A DNA stretch of 63,244 bases, the filler included, from Stramenopiles sp. TOSAG23-3 (Eukaryota): assembly GCA_900128585.1 (NCBI GenBank). It is 4 parts of 4 records of this genome, joined end to end, with 100 filler letters (N's around TTAATTAATTAA, not from the genome) between each part and the next. Parts side by side here need not be neighbours in the genome. Positions count along the whole stretch, not along the records: positions 15,865 to 31,624 come from LT642512.1; positions 31,725 to 47,436 come from LT642513.1; 2 more parts are not named here. One strand, given 5' to 3'. Below the pieces are notes generated by a model. That model did no database searches. It was not told the origin of the DNA and saw only the letters and a program-made list of their open reading frames with translations. Made by a program: the position numbers and the translations under genes. Shown in pieces: positions 30,333-44,300 of this stretch; position 1 is the stretch's first letter; every line of letters starts with the position of its first letter.

Positions 30333-31271
30333 TCACTTCTTGCTGTTGAGCTTGATATACTCAAGATTCCACCCATCCTTCTTCTCCGTCCTCGTCACGG
30401 CCTCGTCGTGCTGTTCATTCTCTTTCAAGATGCTCTTCAGCCGTTTCAAAACTGGGGCCTTTGCCGCTTCTTCGTTCTCAAACTCGTCCAGCGCCTGAAA
30501 TTCAACCCCCATGCTCTTTAAATGTGGTGGGCGCTCTTTCTCCACCATGCTATCGTAGTACTGTTCGATAAGATCTTCGTTCCGACTGGACAGTGATTCC
30601 GCATAGTCTTCGAGTGAAATGGAACTGTCCCACATCTCTTCGTTGACTATTGTATCCCCCGGGGAAATAAGGAACTTGTCAAGGAAGCTGTCGATGGATT
30701 CGTCCCCAACAATTAGCTCCGGCTGAGTAGATCGAATGTCCCAAAGTTTCAATATTGCTGCTACTCGGTTCCGTCGAATTTTGTACTTTTCGGCAAGCCG
30801 TTCGACCGTGTTCTCCTCTGGATTCTTTTGGTGCTCTGCGTAAATCTTGCGCTGCAGCGTTGGTATCACTGCGCCAGGCTTCCTGCGCCCACCCTTCATT
30901 AGAATATCTGGTATATTGCCTTTCTGCATTGTCGGAGGGACCCACGTTCCGTCCGCAGCGTTCCCGGTGGGCTGGAACGGTACATTTGGCTCTCGTCGCC
31001 CTGGTTTCCCCCGTTGATCTCCCCGTTCTTTCGACTGATTGCCCGAGTTCCGTTGGCCGCGTGATTTATTCCCATTGTTCTGCGTTTTCCCTCTGTTTTT
31101 ACCGCTATTGTTCTTCTGTTTCGGCTTCCCTTTGGGTTTTGAACCATCGATTTTGCCGGTTGAAAAAGCAAGGTGCTGCACAGAGGAAGAGCAGAGGGAA
31201 GGGGTAGCGGCAGCGGTAGGCCGACAGAGGAACAACCGTGCGTTCGCAGCAACACGCGCAAGGTTGAGCAT
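30333..31271 (-). CDS. Mitochondrial ribosomal protein mS45 (Bot1/MRPS35-like)
   Basis: Presequence-like N-terminus (MLNLARVAANARLFLCRP); LQRKIYAEHQKNPEENTVERLAEKYKIRRNRVAAILKL matches the mS45 helix pattern. Confidence 0.65.
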   Translation of the reverse strand: MLNLARVAANARLFLCRPTAAATPSLCSSSVQHLAFSTGKIDGSKPKGKPKQKNNSGKNRGKTQNNGNKSRGQRNSGNQSKERGDQRGKPGRREPNVPFQPTGNAADGTWVPPTMQKGNIPDILMKGGRRKPGAVIPTLQRKIYAEHQKNPEENTVERLAEKYKIRRNRVAAILKLWDIRSTQPELIVGDESIDSFLDKFLISPGDTIVNEEMWDSSISLEDYAESLSSRNEDLIEQYYDSMVEKERPPHLKSMGVEFQALDEFENEEAAKAPVLKRLKSILKENEQHDEAVTRTEKKDGWNLEYIKLNSKK

Positions 31272-31624
31272 GTTCGTTCGTTCTATGTGTAAAGTTAACG
31301 CGAGTCCGGGTTCGGTTGAACGGATACTAGCACTTTTTGATGCAGTTGAAAAAAATCAACGACTTGTATCACTCTCTATCTTCTTGTTGGGTTCTTTACT
31401 CTTTGTTGCATGTTGATATTATATCTTATGTAAAATAATTATTCTTTATAGAAAACTAACTTTTCATCATCAAGAAAAAATGTAAAATAATATTATTAGA
31501 CTTATTATTATTAATTAAGGGGGATGCAGCGTCACGTTCAATTTTTTTTGATTATTTAAGTATATTATGAATCTTCATCACAAACAACATCATTTAGCAT
31601 TGAATGCAAATCGTTCATTTCCAA

Positions 31625-31724
31625 NNNNNNNNNNNNNNNNNNNNNNNNNNNNNNNNNNNNNNNNNNNNTTAATTAATTAANNNNNNNNNNNNNNNNNNNN
31701 NNNNNNNNNNNNNNNNNNNNNNNN
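31625..31724. other. Artificial contig linker
   Basis: N44-TTAATTAATTAA-N44. Confidence 0.97.
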
Positions 31725-31807
<83 letters not shown>

Positions 31808-31815
31808 AAGAAAGA
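31725..31815. repeat. (AAAG)n microsatellite at contig start
   Basis: Direct reading. Confidence 0.95.
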
Positions 31816-32393
31816 AGAAAAGATTTGAAAATACGTATTTAAATTATTTAAGGAAATATATATTCTAAACAGTATTAATATATTCTTTATATTATAATAA
31901 TACATATAATTTTAATATTATTATATATACTTCCTTAATTATCGATGGTTTTATGGAAGAAGCAAGAAAAGAAGAAGAAGAATGGAAGAAAAAAATAATG
32001 ATGGAAGAAGAAAGAACCAAATAATAGAATTATTTTGTTGTTATTTATTATAAAAGAGGAGTAGTAGTAGTCCTTTTTACTAAGTATGAAGTACTAAAAA
32101 CGAACAATATGAACACTGCAGATTGTGGCTAATACACACTTCTGTTAACAAATTAAGAAGAAGAGAGAGACACAGAGAGAGGGGCGGGGGGAGACTGTGT
32201 GATACATATATACACATATATATATAATTGAAAACGGTTAGGTTTTGTTTTACCTAGTTGTGAATCACTTCTGTACCGTGTTGCTTACTCTTGTAGTGAG
32301 TTTGTCAGTTTGTTCGCACACGAACGACCGACGCAAGCCAGGAATAGGCCGCGCCTTTCAGACGTTCGTCTATTTTTTGTTGTCGTACTTTTG

Positions 32394-35300
32394 ATGAGCG
32401 GTCGACTCCCAAACCGTGCCTTACTGGAGAGGGTGGAGCGCTTTGGAGAGCGCGTTCGGCAGCACGGGGCCACGGGGGCCTGGGACCCAGAGAGCGAGGG
32501 TCTGGGAGACTCAGAGCGCCAATTATTTTTGCAACTTGCTTCCCAAGGGGAAGGGGGGCCAAGATTCGGTGTGTTCAGCGGTGAGCCAGGGTTTTTATTT
32601 GGTAATTATAGTCGAGGAGATTCGGAAGAAAGCAGTAGCAGACGACCGGGTTGGGGAAGTTCAGAAGACAACAGCAGGCGGCCTGGCTTCCGTGATAGCG
32701 GCGGTGGCCGTGGGTCCAGAGTAGTCATGGGCAGCTCGAACCCCAGGGACGCGTTCGCGGCGCTGCGCCCGAACACCAGTAGAGACAGGCGCGCCAAGCG
32801 TTACAGTTCCCCGCCTGTCGCGGCAAACCGCACTGCAAATACTTCAGCGCAATCGTCTGACGTGGGCGGGCATTTTGAACACTTGCTGTCGAACAAGCGT
32901 GGCCATTTTCGTGATCAAGGGACGGCCGAAGAGAGACGGGAAATTATGCACAGCCTTTTGGCCTACACCAGTGAAAAGTTCCATCGGCGGAGCAAACGCT
33001 CTTCGGCAAACGAGACAGTTTCCAGCGCAATGCAACCGGAACGGTACGCGCCAGAAACTAGGTCGGGCCAAGTGCCAGTCGCAGAGCTCGTCGAAGACAC
33101 CCCGCTGGCCGACGACGACGACCAGGGCCGCAACAGCCCGTGGATGAATTACGCAAGGACCAAAATTGAACGTGGGGCATTGGAAGACAATAGATCTGCA
33201 TTTGCGAAAAAGTACGTAAAATCAAGGGTCAAATTCGTCAAGCAAGTCCTTGCAAGTGTTTTGAAAACTACAGTAGATGCGGTCCACGACCGAAGTGCGC
33301 AAAAACGTAGGCACTCGTCGTTGGCCGAGCCTACTGGGACGGCAGAACAGGCCGGTTCAAACCCGAAAGCCGGCAAGAAATCCTCGAGGGCTGCCTCCAC
33401 CGGCAGCGCTGGGAAACCGAAAGCGGCCATGAACGGCCAGAGCGGGCGACCACTAACCCTGTGGGCGGCAAAATCGCTGATTCCCCTTCTTGCAGCCCCA
33501 TCGTTGGAACACGAACGATGGATAGAGGCCGTGTCCCCATTGCTTGAGGTGCTGGATAGCCTTCCACCGCTGTCGCTGGGGGAGGAGAACACTGAAATGA
33601 TCGAATCCCTGCAACACGCACTGCTTCAGCCGCACAACGTTCTCCCATCGGCGAAACCGGAGCGGAGGCGCATTGCGACCAGTACGGCCCTTGCAACAGC
33701 GTTGCATCATGGGTCCCTTGGTCCATTGATTGCTGTTGTTCGCACGCTTCTTGAGGCTACGAGAACTGGAAACCCAAATGACGACTTGCGCATTGATGGG
33801 GGGGCACACCTTGGTCATTTGAGAGCCTTTCGTGCTAACGCCTCGGCCCCAGCTTTCGGTGGTATGGACGTAGATGGGGGGGCTGCCAACCATATGAAAC
33901 CGATGGTTTGGCAGCTTTCGCAGAGCAAAGAATCGCTGTCAACGAACAGTGCCTTGGTCGGCCGGTGCAGCTTGGTGCTGTGCGAGGGGTTTCTATACTG
34001 CTTCTTCAGCAACAGCGGCTTCTGTAAGATTGGCACTGGAGGCGCAAGCGGGACGCTGCAAGGTTACGTGTACGCTACCAATACGGACGTTTACCGTGAA
34101 AAAGAACAAAGCAGCACGAGCTCTGGCAACGGTAGTAAAAAGGGAACCTCGATGGAAAAAACACCCAACACCGGGTTTTCGTTTGAGCTAGAAGTATCGG
34201 ACTCCCCAGTTTCATTTAAGACGCCGTCCCCTGCTCAGTCAAACGCTGCCGCGAACTATGCAATTAGGAAAGAAAGAGGAGACGGCGAGTACGAGAAAGA
34301 AAAATTAGAAGGATGCCTGTTCTGTAATTCAAACCGTGTATTTATGTACTCCCAGGAATCGAGGTATGACGGTGATACCTGGTCTCTCGGAACGCTTGTG
34401 GACAAAGTGTCCTTGAAACTGGTGCCCGGGGTAAGAATAGTTGTGAAAGGGGAACGACGGAAGTATTCAGCAGTGTATAGCACCAGAACTTACATTTTTG
34501 CGCTGCGTGCTCGCGAGACGGGAGTCACGAAAACCCGCCTATTTGGCAAGAAAAATGAAAAAAAGAAATCGCCAGGAAAGCAAGGTAACACTGGAGGGTG
34601 GGAATCTTTGCGGGGCGGCAATCCTCTGCAGTTTGATGTGTACCGAGAAAGAAAGGTTTGCAGGTTTCTGACAAAATGTCGTCATGGCGACAAGTGCAAC
34701 TTTTACCACCCCCCTAAATCGTCGAACGATAACATGCTCGGGGACTGTGTTCAAGTAACCTTTTCGCACACAATTACGTTGAAAGGAAACCCAACCTGTC
34801 CTGCAGAAAAAGAATGGCTGAAAGAAAATGGGGGGAAAAGCGAGCTGTTTGGCCTGTGTTTTTTTGCCACCACCGACAGCAACGGCAAGCCGTTAATTGC
34901 AGCCGGCCTCAGCACCAAACCATCCACATCAAATGTTGACAAAAAACTTAACAGTGGCATTGCGCAATGTGTTTACTTCGATGCGTTTGATGGGCAGAGG
35001 CGCCCCTTCGTTGGTCATTCCAAAAGCGGAGCAAGCAGGCGAGGGAAACAGTCCCAAAAACTGCAGGGCATAAGCCCTTTAGCAAAGCACGAAAAAGTAA
35101 AATATTTTACCGATCATGTCTGCATTGACAGTTTGAATTCCACAATTTCGTATATCGTTACGAATAAAGCATTGTCTGGCCGGACGAAAAGCATTGAAGT
35201 TAGCACCCTGCCCTTACTTTCTGGGAGGAATCCGGGAAAGGAAGAGAAACGCGTGTCCGCCGTCCAAGAGCGCTTATACAAATCTAAAACGGCGCCACCG

Positions 35301-38300
35301 ATGGAGACATCTATGATTATATTGCGCGAACTTCATCGCGTTGCAACTGTCGAAATCGAATCATCCCCGTACGCTGACTCGTCGAGTCAAAAGGGGCGAA
35401 TGACAACAGTATATTGCGACTTCAGCGTGACACACATGGAACAGATATCGGATCTCCTTTTGTTTCTAAGTACGTGGGTTACAGATTCATCCTCAAATAG
35501 TAAAAAGGGAGACAAAGTGGGTTTGTTGTTGTCGTTACGCTGGACGCTTTCGTTATGCACTCAGTGCGTTTTGCAGTGTGCACAGAAGCAGATCTCGGAA
35601 CAAATGAAGAGTGCCGTCTCAAATATGATGGACATATTGTACGACAAAGTGATGATTCCATGCAGGACTGCATGGCTCAAATTTCCTCTACTACGCGAAG
35701 AAATTCAAACATCGTGCGTAAAAATACTATTTGCCGCCCCAGGGCTATACTTTTTAGAGTGTAACAAAGTGGAATATGCGCGCACGCTTCTAATTAGGGC
35801 GTTTCAGCGGAACGATACGCCCTTCATCAATGTTGTCTCGAAACTGTGGAGCGTTAACCCGTCGCATTCGTGGCTTGAGCTAGCTGGGGCTATTTTACGC
35901 AGTGGTGATGGGCCAATACCATTTTTTGATGTATTGGTTAAATCATGTACAGGGGCAGACTCGAAGAACCTCTCAGCAATTACGGGGGTAGCTGGGCCCC
36001 GTATTTCGTCCAACCTGAACGTGTTGTTGTGCTTTCACAAAGTCTTTTTGAGCCAAGCCTTTGCGAATGACGCAGCAGTTGCAACTCCTTCCTCCGCTGC
36101 ACGGTCTGTAAAAGTTCTCTATTCTCCGAAATACTCGCGAACTACGTACAAGAAAGCCCAAACTGCCCTTCAAGAAGCGAGCAATGGCCCCTATGTTTTG
36201 AAAGCGTCCAATGGTTTTCCTACGTGGAAGGCTTCAAATGTACTGTTAACAGAAGGAAAATGGTATTATGAAATTGAGATTTGCGGTGACGATGTTAAAG
36301 GTTACCCTCAAGTCGGGTGGGCGTCGTCTGATTTTGATGGAGGCGATGGTGAGAATAAAGGTGTTGGTGATGATTCTTGCAGTTGGGGGATAGACGGAGA
36401 GCGCGTCTGTACTTGGAACAAAGAAACAAATCACGAGAACAGAAAGTATGGCAAAAAATGGTCTGTAGGGGACCGTATAGGCTGTGCGATAAATCTGGAT
36501 AACAAATCGATGGAGTTTTACGTAAACAATTTATCCCAAGGTGTCGCCTATGAGAACATCAATGTCTCTAATGGTGTGTGCCCGGCATTCACGTTCAGTG
36601 GTAGGAACTGTAGACTTTTTTTAAAGCTATACTTTGGAAACAAAGCAGACCCATTCAAGTACTCACCCCCAGAGGGCCACAAGTCCATACATTCTTCTTT
36701 GCTCGAACAGAGTGAAAAAGAAACGATGCGCGATAATTTAAGTCGTACTTGGACCACAACGGATGTTGTGGATTATTTTGGAATTCTGTGTCGGGAATGC
36801 TCCAAGTACATTGATAGTTGCAGCTCTGCAAGCATTTCGTATCAAGACTTACCGCCTACTTCAACTGCCAGCGCGGTGTTGCCATCGGTAGCACTGTTGG
36901 TATGCCAACAATCAAATTCGATGCTGGAGCCACTGGCTGAGAACTTGGAGGCAGCTAAATCCCTATTGGGTTTTTTTGCAACGTGCAGCAAAAGTTTCGA
37001 CCAGTTTTGTTCTACAAACTCATCAGCGGAAGATGTGGGTCTTGGCGATCTTCCGAGTGACGCTTTTGACCTCGATGCCCGCTCAAAAATGCAAAACCCA
37101 ACTAAACTTGCGTGGCCTGTACATTTAAAAACAATACTCGTGTTGAGTGTGAATCGATTGAGTACTAGGTTAGCCACCGCGCAAGTTTCAAATTTTTATG
37201 GTACTCATTATTGGCTTGATAGCGTCTTGTTTGGCAATAGTATTGTACAAGCAGCGCCGGTGAATGACTTTGTTGAGTCCATTTTAAACGAAAGCGGCAA
37301 AGGCTACGAGTGGTTGTTATGGTGCCGTACAAACAGACCACGTGTTGGGATGCAGTACCGTCTGTTGAAAAGGTCAGAAAAAACGAAATTACTGAACATT
37401 GAGGCGTTGGTAATGGCGGCTCTTTTAAGGCACGCGCCAGAGCACATCTTCATGCATGCCCAACTTCAGTCGGAAATTATTTCGCAGGGAGAAGATGACA
37501 AGGAAGTGATGGCGAGATCACACGATGCCCTTCAACCTCTATGGATAGCAGCATGGTCTGTTGTATCAGAGACACGGCATATAGTAAACAAGTTGTCGGA
37601 ATGGAAGCATTTGTTCAGGAGTGAACCAGGGGGCGAAAGGGATGAAAAAATGGTCGGTTTCGTTGAATCGTTGAACCGATTTGAAAAAATGCACTTATGG
37701 GTGTGTACGGGCAAGGAGCCGATCGAAATCAGCTCGTTGGATAATAATAATCAATACATGTCCCGTCTTTGTGCGTTAAGTTCGGAGACCCCGTCAATCT
37801 TTGAAGGGGACGACTCAAAGTGCCTTGATGTTGTATTTGGTCTTATGGATTCACGTGCCAAATTGATAATTGAACTCAAACCCGCCCCATGGAGAGTTGA
37901 TAAGCTTCCGCTTGATCGGCGATCATTTCAAAACGTTACTTCTACTCCAAAAGCCGGCTTCAAGCGAACGAATTCTCGGACAAAACAGGAATCGTTCAAG
38001 CGGCAAGACTCCAGTTCTGCAACTGTTAAAGGAAGGTCATCACGTGATTGGAGTCGCGTTGTAACTTCTTTAAAGCGTTCGCCTTCTAGTATCAACAGAG
38101 GGAACAGTAAGCGACCGAATGACACCAATGAGCACGGAGTTGACATAGAATTTTACGAGCAAATAGCAAAGTTTTTCAAAAGTTCCTGCGATCCCAATCA
38201 ACTACGGGACAGTATTCAATTAAGGCGGAAAGCTGCGCATGCTCGTCTGGCTGGAATTCAAGGTATCACTTCTGGACTGACACATTATCAAAGCAATACT

Positions 38301-41300
38301 TCAAAGTTCATTTTACTTGCATCTTTAGGACGGAACACCCAATTCTCGTGGGGTTCTGCTATTTTGAAGCCAGCCCAAAACGGTGTGTTTTTTAGTGGCC
38401 ATCCTGGTGGGAAAAGGGTGACTGTACCCCACATTCTAAACGGTATTAGAGGATGCGGACTTGAATTGGAAAAAGAGCTAAATTCTGCGTATTTTGACTT
38501 GATCAACCACTCCGTGAAAATTGCCTGTGATAGGGTAATGCCAATATACACTCGTTGCGAAGCTTTGCAAGTTCTTGGCGTTGGATTTTTGCCCGATGAT
38601 TTTTCACTGATCCAAAAGTACGACCTCGTTTCGAATTTGGCAAACATTGTGAGTGAAATGCGCGCTGACGAAAATTATTCAGAAGATAAGCTGTCGCTAC
38701 AGCGTGAGTCATGGGAGATTCTTTTGTTGATATCAAAATCTATACTGGCATCATCGGGGAAACTAGATTTGAAGGAACAGCTACTTCGCGCCCTCCTGCG
38801 CCTTCTCGAAGAATCTGCCAACCAATCGAGCGCATCAGGGCACCGTTCGTACCGTCTTTTGGATGGTAGGCAAACTGGTGAAGTGAGCACGTTAATCTGG
38901 GCGCGAGTTCAAAGGCGTGAACTAGAAGTGCAGCAAAATGTGTCCGTGTTGTATATACATCGAAATTCGTTTCTGCAATCCGATGGGGGTGTTGAGTATG
39001 GCAAAAATGCGGTGCGTTCGTGCTTGAAACTTTTGATACATGCTCGAGGCCCTTACTCTACCAGGACTACGCGAGCAGCTTTGCGATTTTTGTCAAGCTG
39101 TTTACAACATATATCCCCGAAGGTAATTTCTCAGTTTTCTGAAACGAATTCGGAGGGGCAGGCAAATGATTTATGGCTCCCATTGTTGCTGCTTGAAGCA
39201 CTCGGCGCGCTCACCCTTGGGACCGGTGGGTTAGGAACCCGAGACGGTGCATGTTCTGCCGGGGGGTCTGGCCATGGGACCGTCTCCTCGGAGGACTCGC
39301 CGGTAAAAGATCGCGCCTTGGAATTGTTTGCGCGGTCCATTAAGGATGCGTTTTCAAGCTTCCCATCCTTAACAGAAATGGAGAGTCTGCTCTCTCCTGA
39401 AGACAAAAACGGTACAAAAAGTACGGAATCGAACATTGAGCTTCCAACGTCGACTGTACTGGAAGATGATCTGTTGTGGGATAACTCCGTAGCTGAACAG
39501 GAACGTGAAAACACTATGAATCGAATAGCATCTGATGCTAAGCAAGATTTTAAAAACTGGATAGACGGTCCCGCGCAAAGTTCAAGCATATTACCACAGC
39601 CTGAGGTCTGGGAAGTTGCCATAGACAAACTTAACGTTCGCCGAGAACCAAGCATGGACCACGAGCCTATTGGTAGGCACAGGAGGGGAACGCAACTAAA
39701 AGTTGTCGATAAGATTCCTGCCGAGGGTATTCCCAAAGGCCAGTGGTTGCGGCTACAGAAGGCGGAGTCAGGTCATGGCGAGTCGTGGGTTCTGTCTCGA
39801 AATAAAGACCATAATTTATTGAAGCCCGTTGTCCGAAAGACCTACTCTGTAGTTCTGTACAACCCAAGTAACGAAAGCCCAGACATATTTATGGCGAGAA
39901 CCAACGACACTGTGCGACTAGCAATAGCCCATGACGTAAATGGAGAGGGTTGCAATTGGCCTTCTCGCGGGTGGGACAGCAGCACCAATCCCGAAGGTCA
40001 ATTTATTGAGACCTGCGTGCAAGGCATGAGGGAGAATGGACGGGGTCTTATTATGAGAAACTGCTCCAAAATCGAGTGCGAAACCGTGGCCGCCCGTTTG
40101 GCTTGTCAACGATTCGTCACCTGTGTCATTGATAACATTCCAAAGCGAGAAAAGACCAAATTTGATCGGAATTTAAAGCTAGCAGAAAATATGGCCAAAC
40201 GACCTTCCTCGTGGTATGGTGGCTACGCGTCAATGAGCGCGGCAATGGAAATTGTGAAGATGCTTCGATTTTTAGTGTCTGGGGTTGATGCAGAAAACGA
40301 TGCCCCTGGTGATCATCGAGCTCGGATGAGCTGGGCTCATGGTACGTGTCGTGCAATCTCAAAGGCGTACGCGGATTTCAATTCTGGTGCCACAGGCGAT
40401 GACTCGGTAACAGCAAGGGCTTATGGGGCCCTGTTAGTACTTGGTGGGCTGACTACTGGAGGATTGCATCTGGGTTCGACTGTGCAAGTTGTTACTGGCC
40501 CTCAGTCTCACTCGGAAGGTATTCTTGTTCGGTATAATGCTGGAGAAACAACGGCGGATGTGCTGCTTCGTGACCACTCGGTCGTTGAAACATTCGATAT
40601 TGTCGCGGTGCAGCCGACTGAGAGTGCCCAAATTTCGGAAGACATTACGCTAAATTCCGAGTCTGTGACGCTGAATCTGTATCCAACTCTTCGATCTATT
40701 TTAGAAGGTAAGGGTGCACTTAAAGATTACGCAAAAGATCAAAAAGGTACGAGCCATAGAAGCTGGCTGGTAGCCACTTTTGTCACCACAGCCCTCAGAG
40801 TTTTAGGCCAATTGCAGCAAATCTCTTTCACACCAGTGTTGATGGGGGTTCAAACGGACGAAATGTCGTCACTTTTAAAAAACATTGCGTCTTTGCGTGA
40901 CGAAGAAGAGGATAAGGCAATGGCAGAAATCAATTGTTTCTCAATCCTATCAACGGCAGCTGGAGATATTTCTTGTTTAGAAGAATTAGCTATTGATGCT
41001 CGGCAGCAAGTTTTGGACATGCGGCATGGTTTTCAAAAGACACTTATGGGGGTAAGCTCATACGCCGAAGTGGATAAAGCTACCTTCGGTTTATTGAAAC
41101 ATCTCTTTTTGCCCAGGGGTTTCAACCGCTTTTCTGCTATGGGAACAATCTTACACCAAGAAACTGGAAAAAGAAATTTGTCGTTTGATAGTCCTATCAC
41201 TGTCGTCCAAGACGGGTTCCTGTCAAAAATTGCTAGACCCACCAAAGCATCATGGCCCAAAGCTTCACATAGCATTGTCATTGCAGATAATCCGATTCCT

Positions 41301-44300
41301 GCGTACTTGAATAATTTTTATTTTGAAATTGAAGTTCGTAAAAGCGATAACACAAACTTTGCACTCCACAACTTGTCTGGGTTTTTCGTGGGATTATGGG
41401 TAGGCAATGCGACCTCAATTGAAGCTGGAACCAAAGAAATTTCTGCGGATGTAGCGGACTCCGTTTGGTATCACCCAGGAAATGGAAAATCAATAGTATC
41501 GGGTAAAGTTCGCCCAGATCTTTGCTTTGAGGGTGTTCCAGACTTAAAAAAAGACCTTGCAACTGTACAGTCTATAGTAATTGGCTGTGGCTGGGACCTA
41601 GTTAACCATTCTGTCTTTTTTACGTTAGACGGCAGTAGGATAAACAGTAAAGCTGGTGAAAGGCGTGATAGCGACAATCCTCATAAGTTGTCACCAACAA
41701 GCGTTGAAGGGTTTGTATACCCTGCCGTGCGATTCCTCGGTAATAGCGGTTTGAAGGCTAAAATTATGTTTGGCAATAATTCTTCTAAGTTCCTGTATAA
41801 GTTTCCACCAAAAATTGGTGTTCAAAAGCGGGATCTCGCAGAAGGAATTCAAATTTTCAAACAATGGTTAGAGTATAAAACTTCAGTGACAAACGGATTG
41901 CCGAATGGTGTCGAAGGCTCCGAAAATGAAGTCTCGAAACTGTTGATAAAGGAGCAGTGCAAGTCTGCACGGAAGAACATTGTTGATGCCAAGGCTTGCA
42001 TAAATGCGAGGCGGGTAGCGCTTGAGCTGCGTCAAATTCTTGCCCAGCATTCTGTATCAGTATTGATGCTGCTTGCTCAAAGATATAATCTCCAGAATGA
42101 AAGAGCTATCACCGCAGCATTTGAACATCCTAACCAAATGGTTGACATGCAGAATGATGTTGACAGCGGTACAGCGTTTGCCCAGTACGATGACAACAGC
42201 CACTTGGAAGTTCTCTCAACGGAGGAATTTCTCTCGCACAAATTGCTCAATTCAGGTGACGTCGATTTTCTAAAATACCCAGGTTTAGAGGGTCCGAGCA
42301 TTATAGCAAATTTTAAAGAGGATGGGGTGTTGACAAACAGCACCGAAATGGAGAAAAAATGGTGTGTCGTTCTGATAGCTTCCCAAAAGAAGCCATTTCA
42401 GACTCAAATTTCTGAGCTTGTTGAAGCCGGTGTGCTGGGTATTTTGTGGATAGTTGATACGGACGATAAAGTTACCGGTGGAAAAAGCAACTTGCTTGCC
42501 GAACTCGAGCCGGAGTACCTGTCGACGCTCAATACACCGCTTTTGTTGTTGCGGAGCAAAGGGGACACTGAGTTGGTTGGAGGGAACTACAGGTTTAGGT
42601 TTTCAATTGGGCTGAGGCCAACGAAACCACCAGCAGAATCTGGAAACGAGAAGAAGAACAAAAAGTCTGGAATTGAAGAAGTTGCAGAAACAGCTCCATC
42701 GAATGGAAAATTTTCCTATCTCATGGGTGGTAGTCTCTTTTGTACCACTGATGAAGATGCAGAAGAGCGGGTGGCGATTATAGCCAACGAACAAGAAGCA
42801 AAGATTGAATTGTGGCTTGCTGAAATGCACCGATGGCTATCTCGCAGTCAAGGAATCGATATGGCTCAAATTTCAGGGATTATAAGTCACCTAAGGAACG
42901 GAGACCCGGACGGTATTGCTACAATGACCCTGGATGGTATCGAAGACAAAAAACGAATGCCGAAAAAACCAGAATTCGACTCTGAGAAGTTTAGTATTAA
43001 TTTGGGCAATACCAAGGTCAGAATAGACGACGTGCGCATCGGTTTATGTCTCCGAGTGACTGAGCAAGCGAAGGCAAACATGGATGGGCCGAAGCCCTTC
43101 TGCAAGGGAAACATTGTAAGGTTCGTTCGCTCGTCCGCTTTAGTGGACTACCGAGTCGACTCTGTAAATGCGGACGGCACTTTGTCTATATCCCTGAACA
43201 CCCGCGATAAACGGCCGCTTCAGCTACACGGCGTCCAGGAAAGACATTTGGCGAAAGTAAATTTCACGCCTGGCCGAGTCTCTAGCCTTTCGCAGAGTCG
43301 AATACAGCGGCAGTCTTCGTCAAATCCATCTGTCAGATGGTTGTCGAGTATGTCTGTCTGTCTGCGGAGAACTGGTATAGTGCGACGCGTAGACAAAAGT
43401 GACAAAGAGCACCCTCTTGTTCTACTAGAATTTTATGATCCAGAAACGCTGGGTGTATGCCGTTGGTGGTTTCCAATCTCATCTTTAACTTACCCTGCGG
43501 AACGGGTTTCCTCGTACGTAGAATCTTTGGATGAAGCAGTAGTGTATGAAAGGGCTCTGACAACAATGTATGCCCGTAACATACTGGTGAATTCTTGGAG
43601 CCAAAGAAATATGTCCATTACCTACCCATCTTCACCCAACACAAATGTATCTTCTGGGGAAGAAAAGTTTGTTCTGGATTACGTGGTGGACAGTTGCTTT
43701 GGCCCAGTACATGCTTTACTGGAAAGAAGCGGGGCAAATGCTGTAACATCTAGCGGATATGTCGCACCTGAGTCTCCCAACGATCTCATTGAAATCCTAA
43801 GCTCCCAGCTCCATACCTTATTCAAAGACAAAATGGTTGAAAGTGCTTTCAGGGATACTTATTCATTGTTACAGAGCAGTTCGGTAGATGTAAATTTCAG
43901 TGCAAAGAAATTTAAGAACGCGGTCAGCGAAGTGTTTAAAATTGCTGCCAAATGTTCTATAAACAACCTTTCGTGTCTCATAATGCATGTTGGAAAGGGC
44001 ACTATACTCCCGAAAGGAACTGCACTCTGCGTTTATAGTAACAAGCAATGCTCTCAACAATATAGATTGAGAAGGAGCCAGGATTTAGGGGCCTCTAATT
44101 GTGCCCAACCTATTTGGTGCTGTGGCACAACGTCTTACGCAAGGTTTGAAGGTCGCTCCAAACGAGCCAAAAAAAGCAAGGGAAGCAACTCAGACAAAAA
44201 ACGAAACGACCCACATTTATGTGCAAAGGTCCACCAAGTATCTACCAAATTTTGGTTCGGCTGTTGGATGGTCGAACAAATGTTATGCCAGGGCGAAGAA

